DNA from: Bacteroidales bacterium
GTDB taxonomy: Bacteria > Bacteroidota > Bacteroidia > Bacteroidales > G3-4614
Direction of reading: 5' to 3'
Assembly (NCBI GenBank): GCA_036656055.1
Contig: JAVVOY010000003.1
Location: 27,754-91,753 of the forward strand
Length of the DNA: 64,000 nt
Below the pieces are notes generated by a model. The model saw nothing but the letters and a program-made list of their open reading frames with translations, searched no databases and had not been told where the DNA came from. Positions 51,778 to 60,231 of the stretch are shown here, piece after piece (the first letter of the stretch is position 1; each line of letters begins with the position of its first letter). Both the position numbers and the translations under genes were made by a program.

Positions 51778-53055
51778 CTATGTCGGGGCTACGCCGAAAA
51801 AATCAGCAATGCGTGCAGATAGTCGCTTTTTGTTTTTATCGTCAGTATCTGCACTGTCAGTTATCTGTTGCATCATTTGCCGGCGGCGTTCTTTCTGTTC
51901 TGCTTTCAGTTGATTATAGTTGTCGGGTTTGGGTATACCTGTCTCTTCATATATGTAGTCATCGTCTACCGGCACGCGAGCAGAGACTGCGCTAATAACG
52001 TTCCATTTTGTCTGGACCGCCGTCCAGTCCGTCTCGGGATTTTCAAACCATATCTCGCCGCCCGTTACATTGACGCCGAACTGCTTGAGACAGGCGCGAA
52101 AACGGGTGTTTAGTACGGCAAGTATAAACTTTTCGTCCGATTGCTCTTTGCTTTTTTGCTCATTTTCGTGCACCTCCCCAAGTGACCGTGCGCCGTTTTC
52201 GCCCTGTTCTGTTGTTAAGGTGTTACCGAGTATCGCTTTAGATATGCCGGCATCGCACATAGCAATGAGTTTAGAGTATACATCTACCGATGCGGCAGAA
52301 CTGCCTGTGTCGTGTAGTTTTACCTCTATATCGCGCTGATGGACGAGAAACTCGCTCGAAGCCCAACCCTTCATGAATTCTTCCACCCGCCGGCGTGTAT
52401 CATCGTCATACGAGTCGTATATAGCCTCGCGAAACGGCATGCCAAACATTTCGGAGAACTGCGCCCAATCTCCGAAACCTCCGCGCTTATATATGACATA
52501 TTGGGCTATCTGAGCAAACAGTCCTTTGTCTTTTGCGTCGCCTGCCCATAGCATGTAATTGGACAACGGCGGAGCATCAAAAATATAATCTTTAGTTATA
52601 CTGTACTGCTCTCGACTAACACATCGCAGATGCTCTTCCGGGTGCACGTGTTTGCGTGGTATAAGATCGTAATCGATACGATAACTCTCTTCGTCGTCAC
52701 TGTAATAGATATTGTTGACCTGTATAAGTGTAAAACCGTACATAATGGCGTCCATTAGATCGCGCAGGAGCGCACGCATCTCGGGAGAATTAAGTAGCCG
52801 GCATATATCTTCGTCCTCTTCTCCATCCCTAACAAATACCAGTCGTCTATTGAGTATTGCATCCAATCTCTTTGTCCATGTGCAAAAAACCTGCCCGTCG
52901 AGATATAAGTCGTCATACATATCATACAACAGCACCCTTATAGGGTTGTCGTGGCTCTCGAAGGCAAGGATGCCTTGTTTCCAGCGCGTGATACTCTGAG
53001 TTGCATGGGATGCCTCACGTGCATCGATGAGCGCAAGTATATTTTTTTGTTTCAT
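51778..53055 (-). CDS. portal protein (Mu gp29/DUF935-like)
   Basis: 425 aa, located between the terminase and MuF genes. Acidic C-terminus and overall pattern as in DUF935 portals. Confidence 0.7.
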   Translation of the reverse strand: MKQKNILALIDAREASHATQSITRWKQGILAFESHDNPIRVLLYDMYDDLYLDGQVFCTWTKRLDAILNRRLVFVRDGEEDEDICRLLNSPEMRALLRDLMDAIMYGFTLIQVNNIYYSDDEESYRIDYDLIPRKHVHPEEHLRCVSREQYSITKDYIFDAPPLSNYMLWAGDAKDKGLFAQIAQYVIYKRGGFGDWAQFSEMFGMPFREAIYDSYDDDTRRRVEEFMKGWASSEFLVHQRDIEVKLHDTGSSAASVDVYSKLIAMCDAGISKAILGNTLTTEQGENGARSLGEVHENEQKSKEQSDEKFILAVLNTRFRACLKQFGVNVTGGEIWFENPETDWTAVQTKWNVISAVSARVPVDDDYIYEETGIPKPDNYNQLKAEQKERRRQMMQQITDSADTDDKNKKRLSARIADFFGVAPT

Positions 53056-53057
53056 TT

Positions 53058-53486
53058 TTATATGTGGTTTTGTCGTTTTTCGTTGCCACCAAAAGCGATG
53101 TAAGAGCTATTAACGCTGCCGTCGGCTGTGGTGAGCCGTACCAGCCCGGTAACGGATACTTTTTCCGCTTGAGCCGCTTTAAGCAATGCGATAGCATTTT
53201 CGTAGCACTTTACGCGGTTTTCCGGTATGTTTACAGGTGCGCTAAAGTTGTAGATATTATATAATGCTATATCTCGCACGAGTTTTACCACCATAGGCAG
53301 GCGGTCAGTCGATAGTGGAGTCTTAAGTAACTCTTTTGTTATCTCGTAGCGCGCCGAAAGGTAGCCCGCCACCTCTTGTTCTGCCTCCGCAATGCCTTGC
53401 TCTACAACATCTGTGTTGTCGCGGGTAAGAGAAGTAAGCACCTCCGCGCGTACTCCTTTTTGTAAATCATTGATATTTAAATACAT
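53058..53486 (-). CDS. Mu gp36-like (DUF1320) head-tail connector protein
   Basis: MYLNINDLQ...EAEQEVAGYLSARYEI...IALYNIY...RYENAIALLKAAQ-type pattern. Confidence 0.55.
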   Translation of the reverse strand: MYLNINDLQKGVRAEVLTSLTRDNTDVVEQGIAEAEQEVAGYLSARYEITKELLKTPLSTDRLPMVVKLVRDIALYNIYNFSAPVNIPENRVKCYENAIALLKAAQAEKVSVTGLVRLTTADGSVNSSYIAFGGNEKRQNHI

Positions 53487-53509
53487 GATATATTTTATTT
53501 AAACTGTTA

Positions 53510-55060
53510 TTAAATACGGCGGCTGTTGTGCCTATTTCCTGACAAAAACATGGCACCGTCTGCCATGGCTGATGTCTTACGTCCGAGCCACCAGATACCA
53601 CCCTCAATACAGTCTGCTCCGTCGGCCGGCGCACTCATGCGCGGCGTAAGCAACAAAAACTGTTCGGTCACCCGCCGAAAGTGAGGGTTGTCTTTTTTGT
53701 CGATATTAAAAACAAGTCGCTGCTGTCTGTTAAGAGGCTCGAGATTGCCCTCTATGCGACTAAATTTGTCTGGCTTTTTACGCTCGTCGGGTGAGATGTT
53801 GAGTACACCGACATGGGCTGAAAACAACGGTATAAAGACCTGTTGATAAAATGGGTCTTGCAAGGTATTGTTCTCGATAAGATTATACACCTGTACGCCT
53901 TGCGGCACAGCTGCGTTAACATCGTAAAACCAATCGACAAACTCGGCATTAGTGACGCGGTCTACACGACCGTCTATAACGTAGTATTTGCCGTCGTGTA
54001 GACCGATAAGAAAAACAGCTTTCATGGAGTTTGCGCGGTTGCGGTTGTTAGACGGTGACGGGTCGCCATAGCAACAAAGAAAACGGAACTTGCCAAGAGG
54101 CGGTACACTACCCCACGTCAGTTCCGGGAAGACAGACCCCTCATTTATCGGATTATTCATGTATTCTTTCTGAAATGCCCGAAACCCCATAAAATCTTCG
54201 CGTTCGCGGATGCGATCTTCTGTCCATAATGCCGGCCAAGAGGGACAACCTTTGTTGTTACGTATATCTACACGTGTAAGGTGTGTGCCGTTTTTTGCGG
54301 CGATATTGCCCAATACAGAGTTGCGGGCGATGAGGTTACCAACCATAATAAAACGCCCACCCTCGGCTCCCTGTGTCGGGAATAGGGCGTCTTCTACCCA
54401 ATTAGTGGCTTTCTTAACGCGGTCTTCATTAAGGCAGAGTTCGTCGTCGTCGAGGTCGTCTATTATGATATAATCCGGACGGCAACCGGTTTTTTTTAAT
54501 CCACGCGGCGATTGCCCGCGTCCGAGTGCCACAAATGAGACTTTAGTCTCGAGCGTGGTAAAGCGTCCCGCCTCCCATTGCCCCGGGTTATATTGTTTAC
54601 CGAAATCGTGTATATATCGCTCGTTGTATTGCAACTCTGCTTGTATATCGGCCATCAGGTTTATTGCGCTCTGCTCGCTTTTGCTTACCATAACAACCAT
54701 GTGTATATCTGTCTTTTCTTGTGCCATAAGCCACATGGGGATAAAGACCCCCATGTGTGTACTTTTGGCGTGGCCGCGAGCCCACTCGAAGACGGCTCGT
54801 GTTATTGGATTGCGCCGGATATATTCGGCAGCCTCGATATGGAAAGCCGCCGAAGGGATGTTTTTTCCACTCTCTTTATCGGTTGTGTAGTGCGGAAAGT
54901 AGTAGCTTACGAAGTAAGCATACTCTTTCCGCACACGCGCGATGCGTTGAAGCTGCTCGTCTTTTGTCTCATTGGTAAAAACAGTAGCGTGCGATTGTAT
55001 CTCCGTCTGACGTATCTGCCACCGCGCTCGTGCCGCATTTATCTCTGTTTGCGTTGCCAT
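53510..55060 (-). CDS. terminase large subunit
   Basis: Walker A-like WARGHAKST, Walker B DYIIIDDLDD, and a C-terminal nuclease-like half. Confidence 0.85.
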   Translation of the reverse strand: MATQTEINAARARWQIRQTEIQSHATVFTNETKDEQLQRIARVRKEYAYFVSYYFPHYTTDKESGKNIPSAAFHIEAAEYIRRNPITRAVFEWARGHAKSTHMGVFIPMWLMAQEKTDIHMVVMVSKSEQSAINLMADIQAELQYNERYIHDFGKQYNPGQWEAGRFTTLETKVSFVALGRGQSPRGLKKTGCRPDYIIIDDLDDDELCLNEDRVKKATNWVEDALFPTQGAEGGRFIMVGNLIARNSVLGNIAAKNGTHLTRVDIRNNKGCPSWPALWTEDRIREREDFMGFRAFQKEYMNNPINEGSVFPELTWGSVPPLGKFRFLCCYGDPSPSNNRNRANSMKAVFLIGLHDGKYYVIDGRVDRVTNAEFVDWFYDVNAAVPQGVQVYNLIENNTLQDPFYQQVFIPLFSAHVGVLNISPDERKKPDKFSRIEGNLEPLNRQQRLVFNIDKKDNPHFRRVTEQFLLLTPRMSAPADGADCIEGGIWWLGRKTSAMADGAMFLSGNRHNSRRI

Positions 55061-55196
55061 GTTTTCTGCTGTCTTTGCTTAAGTTCTGTAGATCTATTGT
55101 CCCACGCTTTTTTATATTGTCTCAACTCTTTTTCTATTTTTGCGTCGAGGCAAGCCAGTATTTTGTTAAAATTAATAAAGGCATCCATTTTAGTAG

Positions 55197-55661
55197 TTAT
55201 TTGGAAAAACCTTGCTGTACGTATATGTTGTGGTATTTGCGCAGAGCGTTTAAGAAGTCATCTGTTATCTCTTTATCGAAAGATGCTCTATGCTCTATCC
55301 ATTTTTCAAAAGCGATAAAAACGTCTATGGTGCTTACCACATTGGCTTGTTTGTCGAGCTTATCAATAAAAGATGCAAATTTGGCTAACTGATCGGGCAG
55401 ACGACATATAAGTTCCGGATCATTGCTCTCATATATCTGATCGAGCAGTTTGTTTACAGCCGTAAGTGCCTTATTTACGAGTTCCGGGCGTGTTATCTGT
55501 ACGCCGGCTCTAATTGTTGCCCACCGCTCGCTTTCTACCCAGCGCGATATGGTGTTGCGTGAGACGCCGACTTTATCGGCGATGTCGTTTTGCAGCAGCC
55601 CTTGCATGTAATATTGTCGGGCAGCTGTTTTTTTATTTTCTATATCTTTTTTTGTTGCCAT
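55197..55661 (-). CDS. terminase small subunit-like HTH protein
   Basis: N-terminal HTH QNDIADKVGVSRNTISRWV; position upstream of TerL. Confidence 0.55.
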   Translation of the reverse strand: MATKKDIENKKTAARQYYMQGLLQNDIADKVGVSRNTISRWVESERWATIRAGVQITRPELVNKALTAVNKLLDQIYESNDPELICRLPDQLAKFASFIDKLDKQANVVSTIDVFIAFEKWIEHRASFDKEITDDFLNALRKYHNIYVQQGFSK

Positions 55662-55781
55662 AAAAAATTTATTTATATGCGAAAGTCTTATATATTCTCC
55701 ATCCCTTAAAATATCTTTACAACCCTTGTAAATAATGTTTTAAGCGTTGTAGCTTTATTTTTTTGAATGTTTTTGCTCCTC

Positions 55782-55789
55782 TATTTTTG
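55782..55789 (+). promoter_or_regulatory. TATTTTTG -7 box, candidate rightward late promoter
   Basis: TAnnTTTG match 24 nt upstream of ATG 55813, in the 151-bp divergent region. Confidence 0.4.
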
Positions 55790-55812
55790 CCTGTGTAACA
55801 ACAAAAAAAGAT

Positions 55813-56691
55813 ATGGCAAAAACATTTATCCTATCCGATGGGACCAGCGTTAACTCACATGGTTTTATTTTAGACCTTACAGGCCTTGATCTGGAGCGGT
55901 TTAGAAAAAACCCCGTTATGCTTTATAACCATGACAGAGACAAGCCTATCGGCAAGTGGCTCGACCTGCGTATCGAGGACAACTGTCTGTTGGCTGATGC
56001 TGATATAGATACAGACGACGTCGTAGGTAGAGAGATAGCCCGCAAAGTAGACAAGGGATACCTTAAAGGGTGTAGTTTAGGGCTGTACATTAAGAGGATG
56101 ACAGACGACTGCCGAGCCGTAGAGGCCGAGCTTGTCGAGGCCAGCATTGTTACTATACCGAGCGACGGCAACGCCGTGTGCCTTTACGATGAAAATAACA
56201 AGCCGACCACGTTTGACGCTGTACGGCTCTCTTTTAATAATAAAAACAAAAAAATGGAAAAAACAGAATTTATGACAGAGCTCTCCGCAGCGTTAGGTCT
56301 TGAGCAAGGCGCTACGGCAGGGGCTGTAAGATTGGCTGTGGAGGCAAAAAATGCCCATATAGCACAGCTTGAGGCTATCATCGCCAAACATGACGAAGAG
56401 AAGATTTCTGCCCTCGTTAACCGTGCGGTGGAGGAGAAAAAAATCGGCGCAGACGAGAAAGAGGCATATACTGCATTGGCAGCCAAAGACTATGCCTCCG
56501 TGGAAAAGATATTGAACTGTAAGCAAGGTGTATTGCCTATTAAGACTCAATTGTCGCGGAGCGTCGACAACAACAAATACGCCGGTAAGACATGGGACGA
56601 GATAGACCGTGCCGGTCGTCTGGCCGAACTTAAGGCCGATGCCCCCGAGATATACAACTCACTTTTTAAAGAAAAATTCGGCTGCAAGTAA
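55813..56691 (+). CDS. prohead protease fused to scaffold (Mu gpI-like)
   Basis: The N-terminal half is HK97-type prohead-protease-like (NPVMLYNHD...PIGKW). The C-terminal half is Ala/Glu/Lys-rich and helical, consistent with a scaffold. Confidence 0.7.
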   Translation: MAKTFILSDGTSVNSHGFILDLTGLDLERFRKNPVMLYNHDRDKPIGKWLDLRIEDNCLLADADIDTDDVVGREIARKVDKGYLKGCSLGLYIKRMTDDCRAVEAELVEASIVTIPSDGNAVCLYDENNKPTTFDAVRLSFNNKNKKMEKTEFMTELSAALGLEQGATAGAVRLAVEAKNAHIAQLEAIIAKHDEEKISALVNRAVEEKKIGADEKEAYTALAAKDYASVEKILNCKQGVLPIKTQLSRSVDNNKYAGKTWDEIDRAGRLAELKADAPEIYNSLFKEKFGCK

Positions 56692-56717
56692 TTGGGCAGC
56701 CACAAAAAAACAAAACT

Positions 56718-57632
56718 ATGGCATTACAAAAAGAAATTTGGATTAATTCGATTGTTGAAGGTTTGCTGACCGACAACTCTTTTGCTTCTCGCTCCATTAA
56801 TCACTCAGCCTTTGTAAACGGCAAGACAGTACACATACCCGGAGCAGGCGCACCACCGAGCGTAACAAAGACACGTGCGTCGGCACTTGCCAACCTTACA
56901 GGGTTGGCAGGCCGTACAGATACAGACCTAACGTACAATATGGAGACTTACTTTGCCGGTCCTGTACTGATAGAGAACCCCGAAACCGTCGAGTTAAGTT
57001 ACGATAAACGCAACAGCGTGCTTAAGAGCTTAAAAACGGCTCTCGCCGATAAATTATATGCAGATTTGATGCTTAATTGGATACCTTCCGGTGCTACCTC
57101 TGTCGCAACATCTGGTGAGAGTATTGCAGCTACTGCTCCATCGGCTACCGGTTACCGTAAAGCATTGACAAAAACAGATATCCGCGCCATCCGCGCACAG
57201 TTTGATAAATGGGATATACCGCAGACAGGCCGCTGCTTGATGTTAGATGCAGATATGTATTCGCAATTGCTGGCAGCCTTAACAGAGACAGAGGCTAACG
57301 CTTTTTTATCCACAGCCAATGCCGCCACAGGTATGATAGGTAAGATATACGGCTTTGACATTTATCTGCGCTCTACTGTATTTGTTACTACCGCTACAGG
57401 AGGTAAAAAAGCCGGTAATGCTGCCGCAACAGATTGTGCGGCAGGGTTTGCATGGAGCTCTGAGTGCGTGAGTGTGGCTCTCGGTAATGTAGAGATAAAT
57501 GATAACGAGTCGGATGCGATCGCTTTTGGCGATATACTTTCCGCGACTGTACGTGCTGGCGGTAGTTATGTGAGACAAGACAAAAAAGGGATTGTAGTTA
57601 TATACCAGGCTACAGCTGCTAACCCTGCGTAA
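56718..57632 (+). CDS. major capsid protein
   Basis: 304 aa, immediately after the protease-scaffold gene. Called on composition and position. Confidence 0.65.
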   Translation: MALQKEIWINSIVEGLLTDNSFASRSINHSAFVNGKTVHIPGAGAPPSVTKTRASALANLTGLAGRTDTDLTYNMETYFAGPVLIENPETVELSYDKRNSVLKSLKTALADKLYADLMLNWIPSGATSVATSGESIAATAPSATGYRKALTKTDIRAIRAQFDKWDIPQTGRCLMLDADMYSQLLAALTETEANAFLSTANAATGMIGKIYGFDIYLRSTVFVTTATGGKKAGNAAATDCAAGFAWSSECVSVALGNVEINDNESDAIAFGDILSATVRAGGSYVRQDKKGIVVIYQATAANPA

Positions 57633-57685
57633 TGAGGTGTAGCAAAAATAAGCCCGAAAAGGCTACCTGTGCAGAGGTAAAGACA

Positions 57686-57711
57686 GAGATATGCGCTGCA
57701 CCGCGTATCTC
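57686..57711 (+). terminator. stem-loop after the capsid gene (possible partial terminator)
   Basis: GAGATATGCG-ctgcac-CGCGTATCTC (10 bp including one G:U) followed by TTT. Confidence 0.35.
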
Positions 57712-57789
57712 TTTAACTATAAATATAACAAATGGCAGACGGCAGGTTATTCGGCACTGTGCCTCAACGCTATTTAAACGCTAAATAAA

Positions 57790-59019
57790 ATGGCTTTAAA
57801 CGATATAAAATTTAAAAAACAAAATGGTGGCATGGCTCGTAAGTCTGCCAACGAAGATCCTGTAAGTGGTCTGTTGCTCGGTCTTAACAATACAATATCT
57901 GCTGAGAGCACGGCGCTGGCGGCGTTCGACCAGATTGACGTTGGAGGCAACAAGATCTACATTGCCGCTATTAAATACAAAGAGCAGGCAGAGGCGTTTG
58001 GTATAACGACTACCACGTCTGACCCGTCCAACGAGCAAAAGGCAATTAATTTTATTGCTTACCATGTAAGTGAGTTTTTCACGGCATCGCCAAGTGGGAC
58101 TCTTTATCTTGCAATTAAATTGTCCGGTGATATATTACCAAAAGAGATTGCAGCCCTACAAAACTACACCGGAGGTGCGATACGCCAGATGGGTATTGCT
58201 GCCGGCGGTGCAACATCTATTACTGCGGCACAATTAGGCGAATATCAGACGGCAGCCGGCGACCTTGAACAAAACCACATGCCGCTTAGCATTATAGTGG
58301 CTTTATGCAAAGGAGCTATGGCTGATTTAGCATCTCTTACAGGTCTTAACTTATCGCAGGCAGGTCTTCAAAATGTGAGTGTTGTAGTAGCGCAAGATTT
58401 AGACGCGTCACTCCTTAACGAGCAAAGCGTAGGTAAACTTAACGAGATAGCTGCTATCGGTACGTTGCTCGGGTGCGTGAGTTGTGCCGCAGTAAACGAG
58501 TCGGTAGCTTGGGTGCAAAAGTTCCCCATAACAGCAACTTTACCCGGCTTAATAACGGGCGAGGAGTTAAAAGAGACATCGATAGCAACGCTTAACCTGC
58601 TTAATGATAACAGATATATCTTTTGGCGTAGACATGTGGGAGCGTCGTTTGTGTATTGGAACGATAGTCATACGCTAGATGTAGCCACGTCCGACTATGC
58701 TTACATAGAAAATGTGCGGACCATGGATAAAGCTACGCGCGGCATACGCGCTAACTTATTACCCTACCTGGCAGCCCCGCTTAAAGTGGATGCCGAAAGC
58801 GGCAATTTGGGGAGGGATACCGTAGCCGTGCTTGAGACTGTTGCCGGTGCAGCCCTCGAAGATATGGAGAAATTGGGCGAGTTGAGCGGATATAGCGTCA
58901 GCATAGACCCGGAACAGGATATACTCTCTACATCGACAGTAGAGGTGGTAATAAAAAATGTACCGATGGGTGTAATGCGCACGGTAAGTATTAAGATAGG
59001 ATTTGCAACTAAACTTTAA
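57790..59019 (+). CDS. tail sheath-like protein
   Basis: 409 aa, followed by a 144-aa tube-sized gene, a chaperone pair and the tape measure gene. Called by synteny. Confidence 0.5.
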   Translation: MALNDIKFKKQNGGMARKSANEDPVSGLLLGLNNTISAESTALAAFDQIDVGGNKIYIAAIKYKEQAEAFGITTTTSDPSNEQKAINFIAYHVSEFFTASPSGTLYLAIKLSGDILPKEIAALQNYTGGAIRQMGIAAGGATSITAAQLGEYQTAAGDLEQNHMPLSIIVALCKGAMADLASLTGLNLSQAGLQNVSVVVAQDLDASLLNEQSVGKLNEIAAIGTLLGCVSCAAVNESVAWVQKFPITATLPGLITGEELKETSIATLNLLNDNRYIFWRRHVGASFVYWNDSHTLDVATSDYAYIENVRTMDKATRGIRANLLPYLAAPLKVDAESGNLGRDTVAVLETVAGAALEDMEKLGELSGYSVSIDPEQDILSTSTVEVVIKNVPMGVMRTVSIKIGFATKL

Positions 59020-59031
59020 AGAGAATAAGCT

Positions 59032-59466
59032 ATGAATGGAATACCATTAATTAACGGAACAGAGTATAGTTGGGGTGATATAGTATGCACTATTGCAGGT
59101 ATGCCCGTAACCGGCATAACAGGGGTGGAATATGGCGACGAGCAGGAAGTAGTAGACAACTACGGAGCTGGGCGTTACCCTGTCAGTCGCAGTAAGGGGC
59201 GAATAACCTGCTCCGCCAAACTTACACTCTACGCATCTGAGGTAGCAGCACTGACAAAAAAGACGCTAAATGGGCGTCTGCAAGATTTGGCAGCTTTTGA
59301 TGTGATTGTATCATATATCCCCTTAGATGGTGGCGTGGTAGTTATCGACAAGTTGCGTAACTGTCAGTTTAAAAAGAATTCCCGCTCTTGGAGCGAGGGA
59401 GACACATCTAAGACGGTGGATTTGGATTTGGCAGTAAGCCATATTGAGTGGGGCAACGGAATTTAA
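59032..59466 (+). CDS. tail tube-like protein
   Basis: 144 aa; called by synteny with the sheath and chaperone genes. Confidence 0.5.
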   Translation: MNGIPLINGTEYSWGDIVCTIAGMPVTGITGVEYGDEQEVVDNYGAGRYPVSRSKGRITCSAKLTLYASEVAALTKKTLNGRLQDLAAFDVIVSYIPLDGGVVVIDKLRNCQFKKNSRSWSEGDTSKTVDLDLAVSHIEWGNGI

Positions 59467-59511
59467 ACACTACAGGCGGTATTTATTACCGCCTGCCTAA
59501 AAAATTTTAGC

Positions 59512-59772
59512 ATGAAAAAAGAGATAGAGATAATAGTAAAAGACGGCGACGAGACTTACTCTTGTACAGTCCGTCGTCCTGATGTGGCGACCTTGAGCAG
59601 AGTAAACAAACTTAACAAAGCTGACGAGGTATTGGCGGCACAAGAGATGCTTAAAGGGTGTTGGGTGAGTGGATCTGCCGAGATACAAAACGATGCCTAC
59701 CTGCTTATGGCGGTGGTGAGCAAAATGGGTGCCTTGCAGGAGGGGGTAGAGGCTGAGATAAAAAACTCGTAG
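59512..59772 (+). CDS. tail assembly chaperone (G-type, 0-frame product)
   Basis: 86 aa, immediately upstream of the tape measure gene, ending just after a slippery heptamer. Confidence 0.65.
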   Translation: MKKEIEIIVKDGDETYSCTVRRPDVATLSRVNKLNKADEVLAAQEMLKGCWVSGSAEIQNDAYLLMAVVSKMGALQEGVEAEIKNS

Positions 59773-59990
59773 AGGTATTCGCCATTGGTGCGGATACCGA
59801 CAATAAGGGTGACGAACTGCTTAAAATGAATGCTTTGATACGAGCTAATTTAAATCTTGACCCGCAGAGATTGAACGAGATGGAGTACGCCGAAGCCTAT
59901 GCCGAGGCTATATGGTTGGAGAGCTTCCGCCTGCGAAACCAAGCGGAGATGTTAGCAACTATATTCGGGGGAAAAAAGAAAGAGAAATAA
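59512..59990 (+). CDS. tail assembly chaperone GT-type product via -1 programmed frameshift at 59760-59766
   Basis: A_AAA_AAC is in the correct phase (codons ATA AAA AAC TCG TAG). The -1 frame stays open for 74 further codons to the TAA at 59988-59990. Confidence 0.55.
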
Positions 59991-60016
59991 AAGACAAACG
60001 ATATTGACAAAAAGAG

Positions 60017-60181
60017 TTATTTGCGGCGTATCATACGGAAAATACCCTCTATAGAGCAATCTCCGCCATCGTCATACTTGTCTCCTTTCCACCAATCCCT
60101 GATACACTCTACAACGGTTATAATAAGCCCTAAAATCGCCCCGAAAAATATAATTCCTGCAATAATTCTTCCTATTATCAT
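60017..60181 (-). CDS. 54-aa single-TM protein encoded antisense within the tail module (moron candidate)
   Basis: Manual translation: MIIGRIIAGIIFFGAILGLIITVVECIRDWWKGDKYDDGGDCSIEGIFRMIRRK. A minus-strand TATATTTG box at 60206-60213 lies 25 nt upstream. Below the ORF-track length cutoff. Confidence 0.4.
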   Translation of the reverse strand: MIIGRIIAGIIFFGAILGLIITVVECIRDWWKGDKYDDGGDCSIEGIFRMIRRK

Positions 60182-60231
60182 AATCTTATAGGTTTAAATA
60201 TATCGCAAATATAAATAAAAGAAACAATACC

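Noticed and set aside
55039-55188. 49-codon minus-strand ORF (MDAFINFNKILACLDAKIEKELRQYKKAWDNRSTELKQRQQKTWQRKQR) between the TerS-like gene and TerL
   Set aside because: It is plausible as a small phage gene, since it fills the gap and overlaps the TerL start by about 20 nt. It is too short to support without comparative data, so it is not listed as a feature.
49775-55812. Invertible (Gin/Hin-type) DNA segment explaining the inverted head module
   Set aside because: I found no inverted repeats shared by the two boundaries, and no invertase gene is present. The boundaries look like an ordinary terminator and a divergent promoter region.
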